DNA of 64,000 bases from Fibrobacteria bacterium. Lineage in GTDB: Bacteria; Fibrobacterota; Fibrobacteria; UBA11236. This document shows positions 10,100-20,368 of this stretch, piece after piece. The stretch's first letter is position 1; every line of letters begins with the position of its first letter. Position numbers and translations under genes: made by a program. Location of the stretch: NCBI GenBank assembly GCA_043745805.1, contig JAYTSD010000045.1, positions 96,001 to 160,000 of the forward strand, in the 5' to 3' direction. Below the pieces are notes generated by a model that searched no databases, was not told the DNA's origin, and worked only from the letters and a program-made list of their open reading frames with translations.

Positions 10100-11572
10100 A
10101 TGTCTCTTCCCATCAATGAAAATAGTTCTCCACAAAATATTCCATTTACTTCTTTGCAATGGATGATCTTGACTTTATTATGCAGCGCGGTTTGCATGGT
10201 GGTATTGGATTTTTCCATTGTGAATGTCGCGGTCCCCTCTATTCAAACCGCTTTGGGATTTGCTCCCGAAAAAGTACAATGGCTGTTTACTGGATATGGT
10301 TTGGTGTATGGAGGTTTTCTTTTATTAGGGGGAAAACTTTCGGATTTATGGGGCCGCAAACGGATTTTTCTTTTAGGCATAGCCCTTTTTACTTCCGCTT
10401 CTTTTTTAGGTGGCTTTGCTTTTAGCCCAACTTCCTTAATCGCCATGCGTTGTATGCAAGGCTTGGGTGCGGCACTTTTATCTCCAGCTGCTTTGGCCTT
10501 ATTAATGGGAGCTTTTCCTGAAGGCTCATTACGCAATCGTGCCTTAGGGATTTGGGGAACCGTCGCTGCAGCAGGATATTCTATTGGAGTGTTATTGGGC
10601 GGCATATTAACTGCGTATTTAGGTTGGCGTTGGATATTTTTTGTGAATGTTCCCTTAGGCATTATGCTTTCGATATTTGCTTTTCGTTTGGTGAAAGACA
10701 ATTTTAAACCGCAGGAAAAAGTAAAACTAGATTTAGCCGGTAGCTTTCTCGTTACCTCCGGTTTAATGCTTTTAGTTTATGCTTTGGTGCAAGCGCCTAT
10801 GGCAGGATGGGGTTCTTGGGCCACTTGGCGGCTTTTTGCTCTTGTATTCTTGCTTTTAGGGGGATTCCTTATTGTAGAAATGCGTGCGGAACAACCCCTT
10901 ATGCCATTACGCATTTTTTTGTTACCTAGTATTGCCATAGCTAATTTGATTATAACCTTCATGAGCGCGGCAATGGTGGCCATGAATTTAGTGCTTACTT
11001 TATATTTTCAGCAAATATTACACTACTCGCCTTTATATACTGGATTAGCTTTTTTACCGCATGGCATTATGGCTAGCTATGCAGGGCCTTGGGGTGGGAG
11101 ATTGGCCAATCGTATCGGCGCGAAGGCCGTATTATTGCTCGGGTCTTTATTAGGTTTAATTAGTCTGAGTTTATTAGCCTTTATTACCACCCATAATACA
11201 TATTGGTTTCATGTGCTTCCCGCCACTTTATTATTATCCTGTGGCATGATGCCAGCCTTCGTAACCTTGATGATACTGGCTACTTCAGGTATAAAAGAGG
11301 AAGATCATGGCTTAGTTTCTGGTATTCTAAATACCACCGGCCAATTGGGTGGGGCTTTGGGTCTAGCTGTTTTAGTGGCGGTTGCCGCTGGACGAACGGC
11401 ACAAATGCGAGTAACGGGAATAGTCACCGAGGCGGAAGCATTAATCTCTGGTTATCGCATGGCATTAGGAACGGGTGCGACTTTGATAGCCATTGCTTTT
11501 ATTATTGGATGGTTGGGCTTGGGTGGAAGAGCACCTAAAGAAAAAAAAACTGTCCAAAAGAGCAACAAATAA
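10100..11572 (+). CDS. MFS drug:H+ antiporter (DHA2/EmrB family, 14 TM)
   Basis: LDFSIVNVAVPSI, GGKLSDLWGRKR, QGLGAALLSP, LGWRWIFFVNVP, GGALGLAV. Confidence 0.92.
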   Translation: MSLPINENSSPQNIPFTSLQWMILTLLCSAVCMVVLDFSIVNVAVPSIQTALGFAPEKVQWLFTGYGLVYGGFLLLGGKLSDLWGRKRIFLLGIALFTSASFLGGFAFSPTSLIAMRCMQGLGAALLSPAALALLMGAFPEGSLRNRALGIWGTVAAAGYSIGVLLGGILTAYLGWRWIFFVNVPLGIMLSIFAFRLVKDNFKPQEKVKLDLAGSFLVTSGLMLLVYALVQAPMAGWGSWATWRLFALVFLLLGGFLIVEMRAEQPLMPLRIFLLPSIAIANLIITFMSAAMVAMNLVLTLYFQQILHYSPLYTGLAFLPHGIMASYAGPWGGRLANRIGAKAVLLLGSLLGLISLSLLAFITTHNTYWFHVLPATLLLSCGMMPAFVTLMILATSGIKEEDHGLVSGILNTTGQLGGALGLAVLVAVAAGRTAQMRVTGIVTEAEALISGYRMALGTGATLIAIAFIIGWLGLGGRAPKEKKTVQKSNK

Positions 11573-11684
11573 CAGTAATACCGATGTTTCTACAGTGGAT
11601 CGTGAAATGGGAGATCTCGAAGAACTTGTGGCTACGCGCAGTTAATAATTAATATTTAAAGTAAACCTCAAAAGGGAAATCACC

Positions 11685-12218
11685 ATGATACTAAAAATCC
11701 TTATCGTTCTTGTAGGTTTAATTAGCGTATTTTTTATTATCGCGTCATTTCAATCCGAAGAATTTAAAATCTCTAGATCGATTACTATTTCTACTACTCC
11801 AGACAAAGTTTTTGCCCAAGTAAATAATTTGCATTTAATGCAAAATTGGAATCCTTGGAACAAATTAGATCCCAATTTAAAATTGACATATGAAGGACCG
11901 GACTCTGGAGTCGGTGCAGCATGCAGTTGGGTAGGGAATAGTAAGGCAGGCGCAGGCAAAATGACCATTGTTAAAAGTCAGTCTTCGGAAGTTTTGGAAA
12001 TGCAATTGGATTTCTTAAAACCCATGAAGGCCACAAATGCGGCGAATTATACATTTAAAGTGGAAGGCCAAGGAACGGCCGTGACTTGGAGCATGAGTGG
12101 CAAGAAAAATCTCATGATGAAAGCTTTTCATATGGTTGTAAATATGGAAAAAATGCTAGGCCCTGATTTTGAAAAAGGCTTGGCGCAATTAAAAGCCAAT
12201 ACTGAAAGTGCGAAATAA
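11685..12218 (+). CDS. SRPBCC / polyketide cyclase family protein
   Basis: RSITI..PDKVF, WNPW, GVGA.CSW.GN..AG.G, GTAVTWSM, DFEKGLAQLK. Confidence 0.85.
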   Translation: MILKILIVLVGLISVFFIIASFQSEEFKISRSITISTTPDKVFAQVNNLHLMQNWNPWNKLDPNLKLTYEGPDSGVGAACSWVGNSKAGAGKMTIVKSQSSEVLEMQLDFLKPMKATNAANYTFKVEGQGTAVTWSMSGKKNLMMKAFHMVVNMEKMLGPDFEKGLAQLKANTESAK

Positions 12219-12269
12219 TTTTGCAACATAAAAGAAACATTTAAATCATAAACAAAAACCGAGGATAAT

Positions 12270-12692
12270 ATGAATACAGAAAAAAAATCATTCACCCGTT
12301 TCTTGCCAGCGATAGGTCGCATTTTATTGGGTTTGCCCATGACTGTTTTTGGAGCAAATCTCTTTTTAAATTTCATACCACAACCTAAAGAGGGAATGCC
12401 GGAAGCCGTTGTGGCATTTACTAAAGCGCTAATGGATTCTGGGTATATAATGCCTATGATTGGGGTAACTTTAGCGGTAACTGGTCTTTTATTATTAATC
12501 AACCGTTTCGTGCCTTTAGCCTTAGCTTTGCTCGCGCCCTTTTTAGTGAATAGCTTTCTCTTTCATGCTATTTTGGCGCGTGCTGGATTGCCAATGATTA
12601 TTGTGTTTTGCGTTTTAGAAGTTTTATTGGCTTGGGCATATCGCGGTGCTTTTTGTCCCATGTTAGCCGCCAAAGTTCAAACGGGAAAATAA
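12270..12692 (+). CDS. DoxX family membrane protein
   Basis: RILLGL..VFGAN.FLNF, GYIMP, FVPLALALLAP..VN.FLFH. Confidence 0.8.
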   Translation: MNTEKKSFTRFLPAIGRILLGLPMTVFGANLFLNFIPQPKEGMPEAVVAFTKALMDSGYIMPMIGVTLAVTGLLLLINRFVPLALALLAPFLVNSFLFHAILARAGLPMIIVFCVLEVLLAWAYRGAFCPMLAAKVQTGK

Positions 12693-12704
12693 AATGACAA
12701 TCAT

Positions 12705-12737
12705 AAAAAAAGCCTTCCTTACCGGAAGGCTTTTTTT
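12705..12737. terminator. Bidirectional intrinsic terminator
   Basis: A7-GCCTTCC-ttacc-GGAAGGC-T7 between convergent genes. Confidence 0.85.
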
Positions 12738-12756
12738 ATGTCTCATATCTAAAATT

Positions 12757-13407
12757 TTATTGCGGGTTCGGTTTTCTCCAAGTAGGAACAAGCGCTTTTT
12801 TAATAGCATTATTTTGCACTTGCCCATTGGGAAGATAATGGTTTTCCATTTTGCCAGTAAAGGATGGATTAGAGAGTTTATCGGCCATCAATGTTGTCGC
12901 CACTTCGTTAGTTGCATAAACTTCAAATTGGAATATAGAGTAACCATAAGTCGTTATTCTATGTATTCCTCGCATGCGCACAAATTGTGCCGGTGCGGCG
13001 GTAAATTTCAATTCATTTATGGAGGCTTGTGCAGTGTCCATAATATGCGCGACATTGACCCATCCAGAATCATTATCACGGGCGGTATCCGAAACTTGAA
13101 TATAAAATTCAGAAGCGGTAGCATTTTCCCATGTAATTTTAACCGAATCTACAGCATGTTTTTGACCTAGGTCTACGTAGATCCAAGCCGAGTCTCTACT
13201 CAGAGAATCCGCTACCCAATCACTACCCCAACGTGTTCCTATATCACTATCAAAAGCCATACTGGCAGGTAAATTTCCTTCAGAACTATTGGCTTTGGCG
13301 GTTTTGTCTAAGGCTAAATTAGTACTGGTATCCGCAAAAGTGGACAAGACTAAATGCAGAAGGATTAAAATGATAATTGGGCTTTTATTTCGTAAAGATT
13401 TTTGCAT
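12757..13407 (-). CDS. Secreted discoidin (F5/8 type C, CBM32-like) domain protein
   Basis: Signal peptide; NLALDK.AKANSSE, AFDSD.GTRWGS, WIYVDLG, V.ITWE.A.A..F.IQVSD, YGYSIFQFEVY. Confidence 0.85.
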   Translation of the reverse strand: MQKSLRNKSPIIILILLHLVLSTFADTSTNLALDKTAKANSSEGNLPASMAFDSDIGTRWGSDWVADSLSRDSAWIYVDLGQKHAVDSVKITWENATASEFYIQVSDTARDNDSGWVNVAHIMDTAQASINELKFTAAPAQFVRMRGIHRITTYGYSIFQFEVYATNEVATTLMADKLSNPSFTGKMENHYLPNGQVQNNAIKKALVPTWRKPNPQ

Positions 13408-13446
13408 CGATGCCTTTCAATTTTTTTTTGGTTAGGAAATAAATCT

Positions 13447-13723
13447 CATGAAAAGATTTATTATCGCCAAAATTTTACACATGAATTAAAGTATCGTCAA
13501 GGAAATAAAACATACTTTTTCGTAACTCGTAACTCGTGACGGAGCCGAAACGATTGTGGCAGTTAAAGGATTTTCGGAGGGCAGAATTACAAAAGCTACT
13601 TTGGCGCATTATCATGCTTATTGAAAGCGTACCGGTTTGGTAGCTAGGATTTCCGAAGCGCAAAAAAATCCCTGGTGCTTAGAGCTATTAAATCAATATG
13701 ATTTTCAATTGAAATTAATGTGA
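13447..13723 (+). pseudogene. Possible gene remnant disrupted by a 7-bp tandem duplication and a TGA
   Basis: CGTAACT duplicated at 13521-13534; removing one copy joins HEKIYYRQNFTHELKYRQGNKTYFFVTR to DGAETIVAVKGFSEGRITKATLAHYHAY*KRTGLVARISEAQKNPW. Confidence 0.3.
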
Positions 13724-14715
13724 ATGCCGAGAGAAATAAGCCAATGATTTACCGTGGTACTAATACCGCCAAAACTGGTTCCTGTTTCATCTTCTGGCGT
13801 GTCCGTGCTATTCGCATAATAAGTTTGGGTTTGTTTACCCCAGGTTTTACTGAATTCGCCACGTATAAAAGGAATAAAGCAGGCTACTGGGCTATTGGTT
13901 TTTGGTCCTAATTTTAAAGGCAAACTTGCTTCCAAAGAATTGCCTAAGCCCCAAGTATTCATTTCAATATGTTTACTGCGTAAAATATGATCATCTAAGG
14001 AGCTAGCAAAAATTAAAGGATGGAATTGATTTTCCCAAAACAATCCGAAAATGCGTTCTTGCGATCGAAAGTTAATCGAAGTTTGAATATCATAAGTGCG
14101 ATAAGTTCCCACCTTAATATTATCTGGAATGGTAAAATGTCTCCATTCAGTAACATCTGTAATACTGTCGGTGTACAATTGTTTGCCGCTGAGTCCAAAT
14201 ATATCGCAAGAAAAAAAACTTCCTTCGATTCCAAAACCAAGAATAAATGGTTTGCGCAAGAAATGAATTTGTTTGAATTCGCGATTTAATTCCCCGCCAA
14301 ATAGGAACGATTCGATTTCAGAATAAGTGTCGCTGAATTTAAGTAAAGCGGTGGATTTGGAAGTGCCACTAGAAGTATTAATTCCCACCCAATCTTCATC
14401 GCGCATTTTTGTCCAAGCAGGACCAATACCGCTCCACAATTTTAGCTTTGTGTACAAATAAACCAAACTATCCTGTTCCATCTGTCGCCAAGAAATAAGC
14501 CCTAAATTGATACGGACATGATCCTGAGGAAAGGTTAAAGCGCTGCGAATCATGGGTTTGACGGTACCATCGATTGTTGTGGTATCTTTTCCTGTGTATT
14601 CTAAATCATACCAAGTGCTGCCAAAAGGCTTTTCCATGGTAAAAGAGAACAATGTAGATTTAGTGGCTCCATAAATAGAGTTAACCATTAAGAGAAGTAA
14701 TAGAATTTTAAACAT
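13705..14715 (-). CDS. Omptin family outer-membrane protease-like beta-barrel
   Basis: Signal peptide; S.LTFP, MRDEDW (D-x-D-W) and DDHILR (D-x-H) catalytic-type motifs; terminal barrel signal LGIHINFN. Confidence 0.65.
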   Translation of the reverse strand: MFKILLLLLMVNSIYGATKSTLFSFTMEKPFGSTWYDLEYTGKDTTTIDGTVKPMIRSALTFPQDHVRINLGLISWRQMEQDSLVYLYTKLKLWSGIGPAWTKMRDEDWVGINTSSGTSKSTALLKFSDTYSEIESFLFGGELNREFKQIHFLRKPFILGFGIEGSFFSCDIFGLSGKQLYTDSITDVTEWRHFTIPDNIKVGTYRTYDIQTSINFRSQERIFGLFWENQFHPLIFASSLDDHILRSKHIEMNTWGLGNSLEASLPLKLGPKTNSPVACFIPFIRGEFSKTWGKQTQTYYANSTDTPEDETGTSFGGISTTVNHWLISLGIHINFN

Positions 14716-14820
14716 GGTATTACCGGATTTAGTCTTGAATTTATGGTTTCAAAAATTAGCTTTATCAAGCCGCATAGATATTAATTAACAGGCGCTTTGT
14801 AAATAGGTAAAGGAGTTGGA

Positions 14821-15483
14821 ATGGTATTTTTATTTCGTGTTTATGCTTTAGTTTTGATGATTATGGCTGGAATTACAGCCCAGGAAAAATTATCAGCAAA
14901 TCCTCCTCTTGGAGGAAAAAAAGATTCCAGTTTAAGCGATACTTCCGTAAATAAATCGGTTTCTACTTTTCCTTTGGCAACCGAAAAAAAAGACGCAATA
15001 TTTTTTCATCCGATTATTTCAGGTCTTTCCGTAGCAATTGATGCAATTCCTTTTGTTTTCGTGCTAACTTATGAGCATCAATTGCCCGATAGTAAATCAT
15101 TTATTTTACAAAACCAATTGTTGTTAGGCAGTTTCAAACCAGATTCAGGATATTCCGCATCGACCTATGGACTATATACCTATTTCGGATTGCGTAATTA
15201 TTTTAATCCTCACTATCACCGTGGATTTTATTTGCAAGGCACCGCGGCTGTGGGCTTGCAGCATATTGATATTGAACGTGAAGGTTATACAGGCGAAGCC
15301 AGTGCTTTTGCAACAACCTTAGCCGGATTAGCTTATTTAGGGTATCGATGGAGCCATGTGTTTTGGGATATAGGTGGTGGCTATCAATATTCAAATGGTA
15401 GTGTAGACGCTCCTGGTGGTGCAACTGTTGATATCAGTGCTTCCGGGCCTGCTCTCGATCTTAATCTAGGATTCTGTTTTTAA
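14821..15483 (+). CDS. Small outer-membrane beta-barrel protein (DUF3575-like)
   Basis: Signal peptide; LTYEH, GLRNYF, GFYLQG, LGYRW, DIGGG, C-terminal LNLGFCF. Confidence 0.65.
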   Translation: MVFLFRVYALVLMIMAGITAQEKLSANPPLGGKKDSSLSDTSVNKSVSTFPLATEKKDAIFFHPIISGLSVAIDAIPFVFVLTYEHQLPDSKSFILQNQLLLGSFKPDSGYSASTYGLYTYFGLRNYFNPHYHRGFYLQGTAAVGLQHIDIEREGYTGEASAFATTLAGLAYLGYRWSHVFWDIGGGYQYSNGSVDAPGGATVDISASGPALDLNLGFCF

Positions 15484-15492
15484 TTATAATAA

Positions 15493-15530
15493 GCTTAGGT
15501 TTAATGAAAGTAAATTCATTAAACCTAAGC
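15493..15530. terminator. 16-bp perfect hairpin between convergent genes
   Basis: GCTTAGGTTTAATGAA-agtaaa-TTCATTAAACCTAAGC. Confidence 0.7.
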
Positions 15531-15538
15531 CATTCTTT

Positions 15539-17470
15539 TTAAACCTTGCCCGGCCCCTTATTCTCCTTCACAGGCATTGGTGTTTTGGGGTCAATCATTT
15601 CCATCAATTTTAATCCCAATAATCCATCCATTGCATTGCCGCCATTATTTCCACCGATCAGTACATCCGGAATCAATTTAATATGACCTTTTGAAAGCTC
15701 TTCGGTAATTTTATAACGAGTAAAGTTTTCGCCACCTAAAGCTTTAACAGCAAGTTCATAAGCTTCCGCAGTGGATTTACCAATGGCTAAAATTTTACCG
15801 GCTTCGGCACTACCGGTTAAGGAAATGAGTTCAGCCTGAGCGGAGGCTTTTAATTTAATTGCCTCGGATTCCGCTTGGGCACGGGCTTTGGTGGCTTCGG
15901 CTTCGGCATAGGCCCGTAATTTTGTAGCTTCGGATTCGGCACTTACCGAAAGTTTTACGCTAGCGGCATCGCCTTCGGATTTTTTCACCGTAGCACTGGC
16001 GGTACGTTCGGCAATTTCCACACTTTGTTGGGCTTTCACTATATCTTTTTGCATATCCGCAATGGCGGTTTCTTTTTCCATACCTTGACGCGTTTCTTGC
16101 GCCTTCTTTTGAGTGTCGTAAGTTACCTTTTGTTCTTCAGCAATTTTTCGATCGGTTAGAGTTTTCATCAAGGATTCTGGGGGCACAATATCCCCAATTA
16201 AAGTGTCCACCGCATTTACATTATACTCGTCTAATACTTTTTTGATATGCTCTTTTGCGGATTCTTGTCTTTCTTTACGTGTGCTTAAAAAGGCAATGAC
16301 ATCGCTATCCTGTGCGGAATTACGAAAGTAATTACCAATAGTTGGTTCTAATACTTGCGACACTAAATTAACCATATTACCAAAACGCGCTATCACTTTT
16401 GGGGCTTCCGTAGTGGGGACATGAATGATTTGTGCCACATCAAGATTAAAAGGGAAACCATCTTTAGAGCGCACGGTAATGGTCGATAAATTCTTATCTA
16501 AATTATGCGCTTCGCTACGTGCAGAAGCCCAATTCAAAACTAAATTGGTGGTCGGAACAAGTTCCACTTTCATAATATATTTATTAATAGGATATTTACC
16601 TGGACCCAATGGCTCTAGCCATACGCCTTTATATCCCTTCTCAACAATATTCCCATGTTTAAATTCCACGCCAGTTAAATCACTACCTTCTTGACCGATA
16701 TACGAGATTACTACTCCTACAAAACCAATGGAAATTTCCATCATAGGAATTTCTTCAATTTGTACGGCCCAAGGATTTAAATTATAAGAACCAGCCAAGA
16801 TCACCTGCGGCTGTAAGCCTCGATTGCCACCCTTTTTTAAAAAGACATCAAAGTTTTGAAAATTATTATGTCCGTCCACCAGTTTACCTGCGATTTGGCC
16901 CGCTTCAATAGGCATGCCATCGAGAGTAGTAACAATGCCTACCATACTTTCTTGTATGCGTATCATATTGCTAATCGACACTTGAAAAATCAAAGTATTA
17001 ATACGATAAGAACCCGACGTGATATAAACCGTTTGGCGACCACGTTGTCCGCCATTATTCAAAAACTTTTCCGCATCCTGATAGCTATCGCATTCCGCAC
17101 GCGAAGCTAAAATGTTACCGGTGGGAATAGCTGCACCATCTCTTGCGAGGATTAATCCAATTTTACCTTCGGGTATAACCGTGAATTGTTCAAAATTCAC
17201 CGTGTATTGCCAAAACCATTTGCCAAAGTACAAACCTGGTGCTAAGGCCTTTGCTTGAAAGCCCGCTTCGCCTTTGGTGGCGATAATACGGCCATCGGGT
17301 AATTCTTTATTCTCACCGAAGAGCACAAATTTTTTAGTAACCAAACCAATTCTGTCTTCTGGCACTATGACCATGCCGAATAAAAAACGCAGTATATATT
17401 TGTAAAGAATAATGCAAAGTATGATAGGCAATATCCACCACAGTTGAAAATAAGTGCTGTCAATGTTCAT
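15539..17470 (-). CDS. SPFH/band 7 flotillin-like protein
   Basis: N-terminal TM, repeated G.Q..L.PG.Y.N motifs, ITVRSKDGFPF, VLEPTIGNYFRNSAQ, AEAEA coiled coil. Confidence 0.9.
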   Translation of the reverse strand: MNIDSTYFQLWWILPIILCIILYKYILRFLFGMVIVPEDRIGLVTKKFVLFGENKELPDGRIIATKGEAGFQAKALAPGLYFGKWFWQYTVNFEQFTVIPEGKIGLILARDGAAIPTGNILASRAECDSYQDAEKFLNNGGQRGRQTVYITSGSYRINTLIFQVSISNMIRIQESMVGIVTTLDGMPIEAGQIAGKLVDGHNNFQNFDVFLKKGGNRGLQPQVILAGSYNLNPWAVQIEEIPMMEISIGFVGVVISYIGQEGSDLTGVEFKHGNIVEKGYKGVWLEPLGPGKYPINKYIMKVELVPTTNLVLNWASARSEAHNLDKNLSTITVRSKDGFPFNLDVAQIIHVPTTEAPKVIARFGNMVNLVSQVLEPTIGNYFRNSAQDSDVIAFLSTRKERQESAKEHIKKVLDEYNVNAVDTLIGDIVPPESLMKTLTDRKIAEEQKVTYDTQKKAQETRQGMEKETAIADMQKDIVKAQQSVEIAERTASATVKKSEGDAASVKLSVSAESEATKLRAYAEAEATKARAQAESEAIKLKASAQAELISLTGSAEAGKILAIGKSTAEAYELAVKALGGENFTRYKITEELSKGHIKLIPDVLIGGNNGGNAMDGLLGLKLMEMIDPKTPMPVKENKGPGKV

Positions 17471-17540
17471 AGTTTTTTGCTTGGGTTAGGGTGTAAAGGA
17501 TAGGTAAAAATTAGAATAAAAATTTATATAAAACCACTTA

Positions 17541-17936
17541 TTAGGTGATGAGTCCTGCATGTCCCGCGACAATCTGCCAATTGCCATTTGTTGTTTGAGT
17601 CCAAACTCGAGTAAAACGAAAATTTCCATTTGCTGGATTATTATTATAAGTTCCTGATATACTCATACGTACGGATACCACCGCGACATCACCATTTAAT
17701 TGTATTTGTAATTCTGAAGCTATTAATTCTGTTATTTTAACTAAGCCTGATTGATGCGCCGCCAGATCATCTTCTTTTTTTAAAACTTGCCCTAAATGAT
17801 TTGTAAATAGAAGCAAAGGAGAGAGAAGTTCATCCAAAATTTTTACATCCGAGGCAATCATAGCTTGTCTAAGTTTTTCTTCGACACTAAAGATTTCAGA
17901 TTCAATATTTTGATTTTGAGACATATTAATTTTCAC
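17541..17936 (-). CDS. NTF2-like DUF4440 protein
   Basis: LDELLSP.LLFTNHLG, GDVAVV, FRFTRVW..NGNWQIVAGH. Confidence 0.85.
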   Translation of the reverse strand: MKINMSQNQNIESEIFSVEEKLRQAMIASDVKILDELLSPLLLFTNHLGQVLKKEDDLAAHQSGLVKITELIASELQIQLNGDVAVVSVRMSISGTYNNNPANGNFRFTRVWTQTTNGNWQIVAGHAGLIT

Positions 17937-17999
17937 GTTTTAATAAAATGGAAAATGATTTTAACTAGTAAAGTCCTTAGAGTCTGTATTTAATGGCGG

Positions 18000-18728
18000 C
18001 TAAGTAATTTGATTCAGTCGTGCAAAAATAGGTTGAAATACTTCTTGTCCCGCTTTGCTCAAGCCTTCGCTAAATCCAAAAGTCAATTCAGTTTTACCTT
18101 CTTTAAGTTGTGCAAATATAGCTGCTATAAACTCGCTCACTGGCGGCGCAAAATCATGCAAGCCTTTGCCGCCTAAATCAGTATTTAAAGCTGGAGGTAT
18201 GATTTCTATTACTTCAATATTTTTAGCTTTTACTAAAGCACGCAGTGACAAGGTGAAAGAATGAAAGAACGCTTTGGTAGCTGAATACACCGGCGTTTTA
18301 ATCATGGGAACAAAGGATAAACCTGAAGTCACATTCATAATTGCATTGAGTGAAGGTAATTTTAAAAAGAGAGAAGTCAGATGCAGTGGTGCTTCTACAT
18401 TGATGGCTAATTCTTCTTTAGCACGGGTAAAAAAATCAGCATCTGAAACTGACATCCATTGTTGTATGCCGGCATTATTGATCAAAACATTTAAGTCACA
18501 GTGTTCTTTCGCTATCCATTGAAATAATTCTTCTCTTCCGGCACTAGTAGATATATCACATTGTTTAATAATTAAAGAAGGAGTTTTTGCTAGCACTTCT
18601 TTTAAAGTGGAGTCACGTCTTCCGCAAATAATCACGGTATTATTTTCTTTGACAAATTTCTCGGCTAAGCCAAGGCCAATGCCGCTGGCTCCGCCGGTAA
18701 TTAGAATTTTGTTATTTGTAAGTTTCAT
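18000..18728 (-). CDS. SDR oxidoreductase (DltE-like)
   Basis: ITGGASGIG, LINNAG, NVTSGL, YSATK. Confidence 0.92.
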   Translation of the reverse strand: MKLTNNKILITGGASGIGLGLAEKFVKENNTVIICGRRDSTLKEVLAKTPSLIIKQCDISTSAGREELFQWIAKEHCDLNVLINNAGIQQWMSVSDADFFTRAKEELAINVEAPLHLTSLFLKLPSLNAIMNVTSGLSFVPMIKTPVYSATKAFFHSFTLSLRALVKAKNIEVIEIIPPALNTDLGGKGLHDFAPPVSEFIAAIFAQLKEGKTELTFGFSEGLSKAGQEVFQPIFARLNQIT

Positions 18729-18758
18729 TTTAGTTTCCCTAATTTGTAGAATAAATTT

Positions 18759-19412
18759 TTAACTCACAATTTTAATATTGAAAGCCCCAACCTTGGTTGC
18801 CCCCCAAATTCGCAACCACAAGGGTAAATACATTTCCGTTCCTCGTGCGGTGCTGATATCACCTAAGTCCATTATGTTTTTTTCGGCCCAACCAAAGGAT
18901 TGTAAAATAATTTTGACTTGCGCTTTAGCATCCGCATCATTGCCGCTAATGAAAGTTTCATGATCGCCACCATTAATTATAACCGGATTAACCATCAGCC
19001 CGCACCACATGGTATTTAAAGCTTTCACCACTTTTAATTGTGGAAAAGTTTTTTGAATTTCTTCCCCTAAGGAAGTAGTGTTGACCATAGATAGGGTAGG
19101 AGGCATGCCTTTGCTGAAATCTAAAGGATTAGCAATATCTATTAATATCTTTCCATGCAAATTATTTTCGCCGGCTAACTTTAATACTTCGAGCGAGGCG
19201 GCGCCTGCAGTGCAATTAAAAATCATTTCCCCAAAGGTGGCGGCATCAGCAAAAGTGCCAGCGCTGGCTTTGCCATTATGTTTCGTCACAAAAGTTTGCA
19301 CCTTTTCATTGCTCGTCGTGCGCGAACCCATCATGACCGTGTGACCTAATTCTACGAGCTTTGATCCTACGGTATCACCGACTGTACCTGTTCCTAAAAC
19401 GGCTATTTTCAT
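18759..19412 (-). CDS. NADPH-dependent F420 reductase family (NpdG-like) oxidoreductase
   Basis: KIAVLGTGTVG, IDIANPLDFS, VVKALNT, SGNDADAK, DLGDISTARGTE. Confidence 0.88.
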   Translation of the reverse strand: MKIAVLGTGTVGDTVGSKLVELGHTVMMGSRTTSNEKVQTFVTKHNGKASAGTFADAATFGEMIFNCTAGAASLEVLKLAGENNLHGKILIDIANPLDFSKGMPPTLSMVNTTSLGEEIQKTFPQLKVVKALNTMWCGLMVNPVIINGGDHETFISGNDADAKAQVKIILQSFGWAEKNIMDLGDISTARGTEMYLPLWLRIWGATKVGAFNIKIVS

Positions 19413-19694
19413 AAAGACCCCTTTTACACTGATTAAATTTCAGCATAAAATATAGATAGGATGGGCCTTTAAGGCTCTCTTGCGAATTGCGAGACTACAT
19501 TTTTTTTCTATCGCAAATAAAATTCAAAATTTTACTTTTTAGTCGTGCCAGATAATAAATTTGTATTATTGAACACCAATTGTTTACAAAAAGATTTAAT
19601 GTATTACCGACAAACCAAGCAAAAATGAACCTATTTTATCCAACGAAACGTATACAGCATCCAAACACACTTCAACAGCTTAGTCTCGGCCATA

Positions 19695-20136
19695 TTATAC
19701 TATTGATTGTGCAATAGATTCCTTTTTCCAATCCATACCATTCCAATTATTAGCGGTTCCAATTTCCGCACCATTCATTTTAGCGTATAAGAATCGTTGC
19801 ATGCGATAAGCCGATTAATATTTTAGCGTATCATTAATCAAGGCCTGTCCCAAATTCCCTTTGCGTCCTAAGATCAAACCTGTTTCACGATCTAAATCGT
19901 CTTCACTTAAAGCATTGATGAGTTTGGATATTTTTTGTTTTTGTGCTTGGATTTTTTCTATAAAATTTTCGGGATTTACCGTGAGAGATTCTTTCGCATC
20001 GGCTCGATATTTTTCTGAATTTTCTTTAATGGCCCAGCCGCCGTTGATTAGTAATTCAGTAATAGATGCGCCGATATAGGATAAAATTCATTCGTGGAGT
20101 ATGGAGTCTAGGATGGTTTTTTTTTGTGTTTTGCAT
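19695..20136 (-). pseudogene. Disrupted DinB-superfamily gene
   Basis: Hand translation: MQNTKK/(frameshift in A9 run)/TILDSILHE*ILSYIG...INDTLKY*SAYRMQRFLYAKMNGAEIGTANNWNGMDW; the tail matches a YRMQLFLY.K...GTAN.W.G.D DinB-like motif. Confidence 0.65.
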
Positions 20137-20307
20137 GGGGCCTCGAGTTTGTTTTCTGTTGAAATTTAGTAATGGATTTGATATTAATGGAAGTATGTAC
20201 ATGTCCAATTATTCGCATCAAATTTTATATTTTTACCGCGATATGGATGCTACTTTAGATATCTTCAATTAAATTGAATCATTTTTTTCATCATATTTAT
20301 AAATAGG

Positions 20308-20344
20308 AAAACCATGAAAGTGCAGTTACCTTTTTCATGGTTTT
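20308..20344. repeat. Inverted repeat (operator or terminator-like)
   Basis: AAAACCATGAAA-gtgcagttacctt-TTTCATGGTTTT. Confidence 0.5.
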
Positions 20345-20368
20345 TATAACCCGCGGAAAAAGGTCTGG

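Noticed and set aside
11575..11645. Short open frame TDVSTVDREMGDLEELVATRS as a gene remnant
   Set aside because: Too short, with no recognisable motif.
12694..13170. 158-aa + strand ORF and the many other short antisense ORFs in the track (e.g. 10243..10701, 34495..34917, 44047..44373, 51587..52084, 57490..57918)
   Set aside because: They are shadows of well-supported genes on the opposite strand, with no motifs or RBS.
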